This document shows positions 55,371 through 64,000 of a DNA stretch of 64,000 nucleotides, piece by piece (the stretch's first letter is position 1; every line of letters begins with the position of its first letter). A model generated the notes under the pieces. That model was not told the origin of the DNA and did no database searches. It saw only the letters and a list, made by a program, of their open reading frames with translations. The stretch is from Octopus vulgaris (taxonomy: Eukaryota), in contig OX597826.1 in the NCBI GenBank assembly GCA_951406725.2, positions 71,424,001 to 71,488,000 of the forward strand, read 5' to 3'. The translations under genes were made by a program, and so were the position numbers.

Positions 55371-55542
55371 AGGCGCAGGAGTGGCTGTGTGGTAAGTAGC
55401 TTGTTTACCAACCACATGGTTCCGGGTTCGGGTTCAGTCCCACTGCGTGGCACCTTGGGCAAGTGTCTTCTACTATAGCCTCGGGCCGACCAAAGCCTTG
55501 TGAGTGGATTTGGTAGACGGAGACTGAAAGAAGCCCGTCGTA

Positions 55543-55585
<43 letters not shown>

Positions 55586-55846
55586 GCTTGCTAGGTTTGT
55601 AAGGAAATAACTATAAAGCATTTTTAGAGAGTTATAGCCAAAAAATAGCAAAAAATGGAAAAAATGATGGTAAATATTTTTTGAGAGTCAAAAAGGATGG
55701 AGTTGCGTCCCCTAGACAGTTTGTGGTTCGTGTTTGGCTATGTGTGTGTCAAGTTTCATCAGAATCGGTTGAAAGCCGTGGTCGGGGTGAGGGTACAAGC
55801 AAACAGACACACAGAAACACGCACAGACAAACTGCCGTTTATATAT

Positions 55847-55884
<38 letters not shown>

Positions 55885-56105
55885 TTTGTGTGTCTGTGTT
55901 TGTCCCCCTAGCATTGCTTGACAACCGATGCTGGTGTGTTTATGTCCCCGTTACTTAGCGGTTCGGCAAAAGAGACCGATAGAATAAGTACTGGGCTTAC
56001 AAAAGAATAAGTCCCGGGGTCGAGTTGCTCGACTAAAGGCGGTGCTCCAGCATGGCCGCAATCAAATGACTGAAACAAGTAAAAGAGTAAAAGAGAGAGT
56101 AAAGA
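55371..56105 (+). mobile_element. SINE family B with a Helitron-like fragment (55585-55850, minus) in its internal microsatellite
   Basis: Both SINE halves are colinear; insert begins TCTATATATAAA on the minus strand and contains CAACCGATTCTGATGAAACTTG. Confidence 0.85.
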
Positions 56106-56371
56106 GAGATAGGGAATGTGGTATTTGAATGCAGGAGAGCACAAAAATGACAAACGTGTGTATGAATGTCTCAGAGAGTGCGTGTGTGGAATGTATACGG
56201 GTATATGGTCTTTTTATGTGTGCAAGTGTGTGTCTGTGAGTGTATGTAATTGTGTGTGTCTGTGTGCAGGTGGGAGTTGCGAGTAGCGTGTTAGCATATT
56301 AGGGAGCGTTGCATGGGATGATAGTGTATGTGAGGGTGTGTTTCCGTTTACGGGTGTGTGTCTTTTATGTA

Positions 56372-56762
56372 TTTTACTTGTTTCAGTCATTTGACTGCGG
56401 CCATGCTGGAGCACCGCCTTTAGTCGAGCAAATCGACCCCGGGACTTATTCTTTGTAAGCCCAGTACTTATTTTATCGGTCTCTTTTTGCCAAACTGCTA
56501 AGTGACGGGGACGTAAACACACCAGCATCGGTGTCAAGCAATGCTAGGGAGACAAACACAGACACACAAACACACACACACATACATATATATACATATA
56601 TACGACAGGCTTCTTTCAGTTTCCGTCTACCAAATCCACTCACAAGGCATTGGTCGGCCCGAGGCTATAGCAGAAGACACTTGCCCAAGATGCCACGCAG
56701 TGGGACTGAACCCGGAACCATGTGGTTGGTTAGCAAGCTACTTACCACACAGCCACTCCTGC
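56372..56762 (-). mobile_element. SINE family B
   Basis: Homology to other copies. Confidence 0.92.
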
Positions 56763-56929
56763 AGGAGTGTGTGTAAGAGATAATGAATCAGCCAGGTTAG
56801 TAGCAGGAATGTCCTATTCTTCTATAACATAAAAAAATGAAAAGGAAAAAAAAGTAAAGACAAAGGAGAAATACCACCGGCAACTTCACCCTCCAGTTAC
56901 TTCGCGCTTTCCAGTTCAACGAAAATTAA

Positions 56930-57300
56930 GTTTCTTTATTAGCGACACAAGGCTGCACACAGACGGGACTGATTACAAAGTAGAGCTTTTCTTTTTTTGG
57001 AGAAAAAAAAAAGAAGTGGGGTAGGTTTTCGATCAAAAGGGATCGTAAAAGGGAAAGAAGAAGAAAAGAAGAAAAAAAAGGAAAAGAAGCAAAAGGAAAA
57101 AGGGGGAAAAAGAAAAAAAAAACGATCAATAGGGATCATGTATCACAGTGTCATGATGTACGGTGTAAAGGGGAAGCAGATGAGGTTTATCCGTGGGAAG
57201 AAAAGCCTACGGAAAAGAACCACGGTAACCTCGGTCAAATCGCTTATCCGTGGGAAGAAAAGCCTACGGAAAAGAACCACGGTAACCTCGGTCATTCGCT
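56930..57300 (-). mobile_element. L1/Tx1-like LINE 3' UTR fragment
   Basis: Reverse-complement homologue of 53155-53435; 57 bp tandem duplication at 57187-57295. Confidence 0.7.
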
Positions 57301-57502
57301 TAAGATAGAAAGAGGCAGGACAAGAGGTAGTAGAGAGAGAATCGTCATAGTTTATAACCTAAATTATTATTTCGTTGTGTCTGGGGAGAGTCATTTTCTT
57401 TTTGTGCTTAATAATTTAAAACACTCCCCGGTAAAATTTCCACTAATTTCTTATTTTTATTTTCCTAAAATTTTCGTTGCGCCTTGCAACCTTTTCAGTG
57501 CC

Positions 57503-57518
57503 TATGCATGCATGCATG

Positions 57519-57552
<34 letters not shown>

Positions 57553-58060
57553 TGTATGTATGTATGTATGTATGTATGTATGTATGTATGTATGTATGTA
57601 TGTATGTATGTATGCATGCATGTATGTATGTATGTATGTATGTGTGTATGTATGTATGTATGTATGTATGTATGTATGTATGTATGTATGTATGTATGCA
57701 TGTATGTATGTATGTATGTATGCATGTATGTATGCATGCATGCCTGTATGTATGTATGTATGTATGTATGTATGCATGTATGTATGTATGCATACATGTA
57801 TGTATGTATGTATGTATGTATGTATGTATGTATGCATGTATGTATGTATGTATGCATGCATGTATGTATGTATGTATGTATGTGTGTATGTATGTATGTA
57901 TGTATGTATGTATGTATGTGTGTGTGTGTGCATGTATATATGTGTGTGTATGCATATGTATATATGTACGTGTGTGCATCTGTATGTATGTATTCTGCAT
58001 ATTCATGTGCCTGCATGTCCGTGTTTGTGTGTGCATGTCTGAGTGTGTGTGTGTGTGTAT
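57503..58060. repeat. (TATG)n microsatellite
   Basis: Directly visible. Confidence 0.98.
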
Positions 58061-58340
58061 TTTGCAACTATGTACCGTGTTTGTATGTATAGATGTGGGA
58101 TCTTTTCACTCTGACCGGCAAATTTTTAAAATAATTTCTTTGTAACTAAACACTTTTAAACTTCGTATACTGGTAGTGTGTTATATAAAACATGTTTTTC
58201 TCTTGGCTTTCTTGAGAAAATTCTGTAGTTTGTAAGCTATTTGTTGTTTAATTTCTTGCATTTCAGCAATTTCAACCAATCAATGACGTCTATTGAGGTG
58301 AATACAATTTCTGCCGTATTTTGTCAACAACATTTTCTGG

Positions 58341-58676
58341 CGTTATTCTGAGTTCAAATTCCGCCGAGGTCGACTTTGCCTTTCATCTTTTCGGGGTCGA
58401 TAAATTAAGTACCAGTTACTTACTGGGGTCGATATAATCGACTTAATCCCTTTGTCTGTCCTTGTTTGTCCTCTCTGTGTTTAGCCCCCTGTGGGTAGTA
58501 AAGAAATGGGTATTTCGGCTGTCTTTACGTTCTAAGTTCAAATTCCGCCAAGGTCGACTTTGCTTTTCAATCTTTCGGGGTCGATAAATTAAATACCAGT
58601 TGCGTACTGGGGTCGATCTAATCGGCTGGCGTTCTCCTATAAAATTTCGGGCCTTGTGCCTAGAGTAGAAAAGAAT
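58341..58676 (+). mobile_element. Headless SINE family C dimer (tail A then tail B)
   Basis: Same layout as 19866-20263. Confidence 0.85.
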
Positions 58677-58984
58677 ATATAATAGACAGATATAAACACC
58701 TCTTTACCACAATATGCAATAGACAGATGTGAACACCTCTCTCTTGAACACAATATTTTCGTAAGCAGGACGTGATACACTAGGACTAGATTCAATCCTG
58801 CCCACAAAGCTTATGAATATAAAGAAGGAAAGTTTGTCTGTCGTGGGCTACATATATATTATTTATATAAACACACACACGCACACACAAACACACACAC
58901 CACACACGCGCACACGCAGACCTTCGCGCACGCACATATCCACACTTACACACACATACCTCCTTTGCACTCTCCTGTCTTTGA

Positions 58985-59205
58985 AAGAACTTTTCTTCAC
59001 CCATTTCCTTCCGGTCATTCAAAATATGACCGCGTGTGTATCGTTGGCGATTTTTTTCCTCTGTCTTCCCTTCTCTGGATTTTTCCTCTCCTATGTTTCC
59101 GACGAAGAGCTCCGCTCGAAACGTTAAACACTCCTTCTTTCCTGAGCGTCCAATAATACTATATTTGTTCCACGTCCTCGCGTTTTTGTGCTTTCTTGTT
59201 TGGAT

Positions 59206-59245
<40 letters not shown>

Positions 59246-59497
59246 TAATAAATAAAACATATGCATATATATATAAACATATATGTACGTACCTACCTCT
59301 ACATGTATATATACACGCATATATGAGTACAGGACACCAAAAAGACGTCGAACACAACGAGAAACGAAAACATAGACACAAACCCAAGGAACTGGACATT
59401 TTTTTTAAAACAACAAAAAAATAGAGTACAGGACAATTAACACAAAGAAAAAAACCCTTCTTCAGTCGCCATGGTTTCACCTACTCTACGTTTCGAA

Positions 59498-59500
<3 letters not shown>
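58985..59500. mobile_element. Two convergent Penelope-like terminal remnants around (TA)n
   Basis: Plus strand CCGACGAAGAGCTCCGCTCGAAACGTTA (59099-59126); minus strand TTCGAAACGTAGA and CTGAAGAAGGG near 59455-59497. Confidence 0.6.
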
Positions 59501-59550
<50 letters not shown>

Positions 59551-59845
59551 ATTAAAAAAAGCAGAGAGAAAAAGAAAACCCGTGGACGTGTAGCACAAGC
59601 AATGTATTAATGAAAGACGGAAGATGGAAGATATGAGAATTTTTATTGATCACGACGATTGTTTCTCACATCCGGCATCGATCCCTCACAGGTGGGATAC
59701 TTAACAACTGGTACAGGAACATCCGACGGTACAGATGTGTCTCTTTGGGGTGATAAATAGATATAACTCGTTAAAATAGCAGTTCCACAATGTATCTTCT
59801 CATTTCGTGTAAATTAAAGCAGCAAATTAAAGGATATGGCTTCAT

Positions 59846-60226
59846 AGGCACAGGAATGGCTGTGTGGTAAGTAGCTTGCTAACCAACCACATGGTTCCGG
59901 GTTCAGTCCCACTGTGTGGCATCTTGGGCAAGTGTCTTCTGCTATAGCCTCGGGCTGACCAAAGCCTTGTGAGGGGAACTGAAAGAAGCCTGTCGTATAT
60001 ATGTATATATATATTTATGTGTATGCGTGTATATGTTTGTGTGCCTGTGTTTGTCCCTCTAGCATTGCTGTGTTTACGTCCCCGTCACTTAGCGGTTCAG
60101 CAAAAGAGACCGATAGAATAAGTACTGGGCTTACAAAGAATAAGTCCCGGGGTCGATTTGCTCGACTAAAGGCGGTGCTCCAGCATGGCCGCAGTCAAAG
60201 AACTGAAACAAGTAAAAGAGTAAAGA
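59846..60226 (+). mobile_element. SINE family B
   Basis: Homology to other copies. Confidence 0.9.
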
Positions 60227-60326
60227 GTATTTGTATAGAAGATCAAAAATAAAATAACAGATGCAAAAAAAAAAAGCGAACACGCAATGCAGCGAGAAAT
60301 GTATTAAAAGTAACCGTTAACAGGTA

Positions 60327-63092
60327 TCTCTTATTATAAAAGGCAGATTTTATCTGCCTCCCAAATCGTTTGTTTATTATACAAATCTACAATATAGAAT
60401 TTCTTCAATTAGAATTTACCTATCATTTTTACGAGTAGAATACATCGGGTCGTGGCAGGTACAGTTTTTCTAATTTCAACCCCAATTAAGCAAAAATTCG
60501 AGAAAACTCTATATTTTTAGATTTTCCTCTTTCATTTTAACTGCTTCACTCATACCATTACCACTACACTTTCTGCTACTTTCTCTTTGCAACTCTGCAA
60601 TCATGCTATCACCCTAATTTCTCCTACTTTCTCTTTGCAAGTGTACCTTAAACCACTACTCAAAAAAAAAAAATACACAGCAAACAGAAACAAACAAATA
60701 CATAACGATTTACTCCTCACACAATTTCTTCAATTAGAGTTTACCTTTGATTTTTCCAAGTACTTCCATTCGGTCATGCCATACAAAATTTCTTTCAATT
60801 TGAGCCCCAATTAAGAAAAAATTCGAGAAAACTCAATATTTTAACATTTCACTCTTTCACTTCAAAGCCTTTACTCTGCCTATTACTCCCACTTCCTCTT
60901 TACACACATAGACACGCAAATATATACGACAGTGTCAATTGTTGAAAGAAATTGTAAGCTAACGTGTGTGTGTGTGTGAGCGCGTGTGTGTGTGTGTGTG
61001 TGTGTGTGACAGGGATGAGCCATTCAGACTGGTCATCCCTTTTGGCTAGAAGAAGATCCCTTATGGTCTTATATGCTACACCACTGGTTTTCAGTTCAAG
61101 AAGGACTATTCATTATAATACATCAGTTCCACACATTTACCCTGCTTCCATTTCGGACAACTGCACAAACATTTGCCATTTGACACTTGTATGTAAACAA
61201 ATTCCTTTCTTAAAAATTCAAATTCATTTTCTTTTTCAATTTACGTTTCTATACACTTTACGCAAATATTTGATTAAACAACTAAAACACTTCACATTTC
61301 GAACAAGTACGTAAACTACTTCCATTCTTGCAAATCTAACTTTATTTTCTTGCTTTTAACTCAAAAACTACTTCCATTCTTGCAAATCTAACTTTATTTT
61401 CTTGCTTTTAACTCAAATTTCAATACATTTTACACACTCTGTCGCTATTCTTGCATAAAAATTTCTTTCAGCTGCTAATATTTATTTCTTTTCCTTCCAC
61501 GGTTTACATTTTTCCACATTTCATTCACATTACAATTTCTATCTTTAAGTAACTTTCACCCTTTCTTTTTCACATAAAATGCCACCGAAAAAGAGAAGTC
61601 GCCTCGGCCGCCATACTGCAGCAGCAGCGGCGCAAAAGGCGATTATCGCAAACGAGTCTTCCGACAAAAAGGCTTTCAGACTTTCACAGAGCGCAGACAT
61701 CAGAACTGTTGATGGTGTATTATGTGATACTTTCCGCGAAGCCTGTTTTCGGCGTCGACTTTTGGAGGATGATTCACAATGGGGCGCCACTATGGCGGAG
61801 GGTGTTTCATTAAAATCTTCTCAAAAAATCAGATCGCTTTTCGCTATTCTATTACTATGGTGTGACTGGGCTAATCCCGCTTCTTTATGGCTTACCTACA
61901 AAGATGATATGTCTGAAGATTTCCTGCGTCACGCTCAATCGCTACATCCATCAATGGAGGTCGGGTACATTGACCTAATTTACAACAGGGCGCTGCTTGA
62001 AATCGAAGATACTGTACTCGATATGGGCGGTAGTGCCTTGTCGGTCTATGGCCTACCTTCAACAAACCGGGAAGGCACAAACACTCTATCTTCACATTTG
62101 CTGCGTGAGACATGTTTTAATGTTGACGAGCTTGCCGAGTACATAGCCGACAATGAGCCAAAGCTCCTTCCAGAACAGAAGTTCGCTTACAACTCCGTTG
62201 TTAATTCAGTCCAGGCCAAAGCTGGGGGGATTTTTTTCCTGGACGCTCCTGGGGTCACTGGGAAAACTTTTGTCAACAAATTAATATTGGCTGAGATTAG
62301 GTGAACACAAGGCATTGCCCTAGCTGTGGCATCATCTGGAATTGCGGCTACTTTGTTGCCAGGCGGCAGGACAGCTCACTCTACTTTCAAGCTCCCACTC
62401 GACTTAGCGAAGACTGAGACACCAACTTGCAACATCAGTAACAGCTCCGATCAGGCAGAAGTCTTCAGACGATGCAAGCTTATCGTTTGGGATGAATGCA
62501 CGATGGCCCACAGAGGTGCTCTTGAGGCACTAGATAGATCTCTCAGAGACATCAAACACTCTTCAGCTCCCATGGGAGGCATAACACTTCTTCTTTCAGG
62601 GGACTTCCGACAAACACTTCCCGTTATTCCCAAAGGGACTAGAGCTGATGCAGTAAGTGCGTGTCTTAAGTCATCCACATTGTGGCCACTGGTGAAGACT
62701 CTCAAACTTCACACCAATATGCGTGCTCATATGCGACGTGATATCACATCAGCAGCATTTTCTCACACCCTCCTTGCACTTGGCGAAAGCAAAATACCAG
62801 GGGATGAAAATGGTAATATTGCCATCAATTCCATTTGTACCATTGTTAACACGCCTTCTGATCTCAGAGATGCAGTGTTCCCAGATCTACAAGCTAATTA
62901 TCAGAATATGGATTGGATTGGCCAAAGGGCTATTCTGGCCCCGAGGAATAAAACTGTTCACCATATTAATGATGAAATGCTAAAACTCATTCCTGGGGAT
63001 GTCTATGTATATAAGTCTATCGATACAACTCCTGACCCAGAGGACGTCATCAATTATCCAATAGAGGTACTCAATTCCTTTGAGCCCCCCGG
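60327..63092 (+). mobile_element. Internally deleted Helitron (5' end, UTR, helicase)
   Basis: A|TCTCTTATTATAAAA 5' terminus, internal duplications in the UTR, then the Rep/Hel ORF; 3' part cut by (TATG)n. Confidence 0.75.
61579..63092 (+). pseudogene. Helitron PIF1-family helicase with one in-frame stop (62302-62304)
   Basis: FFLDAPGVTGKTF (Walker A), ASSGIAATLLPGGRTAHS, LIVWDE (Walker B), GDFRQTLPV, RAILAPRN, YPIEVLNS; both ORFs share one frame. Confidence 0.93.
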
Positions 63093-63126
63093 ACTACGTA
63101 CGTACGTATGTATGTATGTATGTATG

Positions 63127-63153
<27 letters not shown>

Positions 63154-63158
<5 letters not shown>

Positions 63159-63860
63159 GTATAGAAGCCATCTTATCATGGCTAACCACATAGGGGAGGG
63201 TATGTTACTGTAGCTTTAAAGCCCCAAGAGATCGTCGTCTCTAGCTGGCTTTAGACACCATATCAGTGCCCTTGAAGTATTTGCAAAGGGAGGCCATCCC
63301 TTCCTCGCAAGCCTGAATGATACACTCGGACTAGTTTCGGGATTTTTGTCCCTTGTCAACGGGCGGTAACCACCAGGTTGCGATGAAAGTGAAGGCCTCC
63401 TTCACTTTCATCCAAAATATATAAGAGTTTTTCTAGTGGCGTCTGCCACTGATTTCGAAAAACTAACAGTAAGCATAATTAAATCTCAGAATGAGATTGA
63501 AACAGTAATCGTTCGATAATGTAAAGTATAGAAGCCATCTTATTATGGCTAACCACATTGGGGAGGGGGTGTTACTGTAACTTTATAGCCCCAAGAGATC
63601 GTCGTCTCTAGCTGGCTTTAGACACCATATCAGTGCCCTTGAAGTATTTGCAAAGGGAGGCCATCCCACCATGTGGTTAGCCATGATAAGAAGGCCTCTA
63701 TACTTTACATTATCGAGCGATTACTGTTTCAATCTCATTCTGAGATTTAATTATGCTTACTAAAGCCAGCTAGAGACGACGATCTCTTGGGGCTATAAAG
63801 CTACAGTAACACCCCCTCCCCAGTGTGGTTAGCCATGATAAGATGGCTTCTATACTTTAT
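63154..63860 (-). mobile_element. Retrozyme/Penelope-like element: about 1.4 tandem units of 367 bp plus inverted fragments, in (TATG)n
   Basis: Direct repeat 63154-63300 vs 63521-63668; 63670-63860 is a reverse-complement mosaic of 63468-63620. Confidence 0.75.
63323..63365 (-). ncRNA. Type I hammerhead ribozyme motif, U3-A8 variant
   Basis: CGCCCG-UUGACAA-GGGA(CAAAAA)UCCC-GAA-ACUAGU-C-CGAGUG: stem II, palindromic minimal stem III, GUC cleavage triplet, stem I with one mismatch. Confidence 0.75.
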
Positions 63861-63870
63861 GTATACATAC

Positions 63871-63902
<32 letters not shown>

Positions 63903-63903
63903 G

Positions 63904-63998
<95 letters not shown>

Positions 63999-64000
63999 GT

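Noticed and set aside
59650-59700. Hammerhead-like CUGUGA...GAAAC-AAUC-GUC on the minus strand
   Set aside because: The core lacks a base and stem II does not pair; at best a decayed Penelope-like remnant.

Overview
AT-rich, microsatellite-dense eukaryotic DNA with no recognisable host gene. The SINE families and repeat landscape suggest an octopus (coleoid cephalopod) genome; this is an inference. Almost all listed ORFs are microsatellite or SINE artefacts. The real coding remnants are transposon-derived: a mariner transposase, three RTE LINE pieces, two hAT (Charlie/SPIN-like) transposases, L1/Tx1-like ORF1 and ORF2 pieces and two Helitron PIF1-helicase remnants. Four tRNA-derived SINE families (called A-D here), MITEs (MULE-like, hAT, mariner), non-autonomous Helitrons and two homogeneous tandem arrays (32 bp x21, 119 bp x17) fill most of the rest. 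Most notable: (1) divergent non-coding fold-back elements carrying type I hammerhead-ribozyme motifs with a U3-A8 core instead of C3-G8, plus shared covarying hairpins (retrozyme/Penelope-like); (2) a SINE with a Tx1-like tail that forms head+(184 bp body)n arrays, possibly by inserting into itself; (3) a minisatellite born from the Walker A codons of a Helitron helicase. All coordinates and alignments were read by eye.
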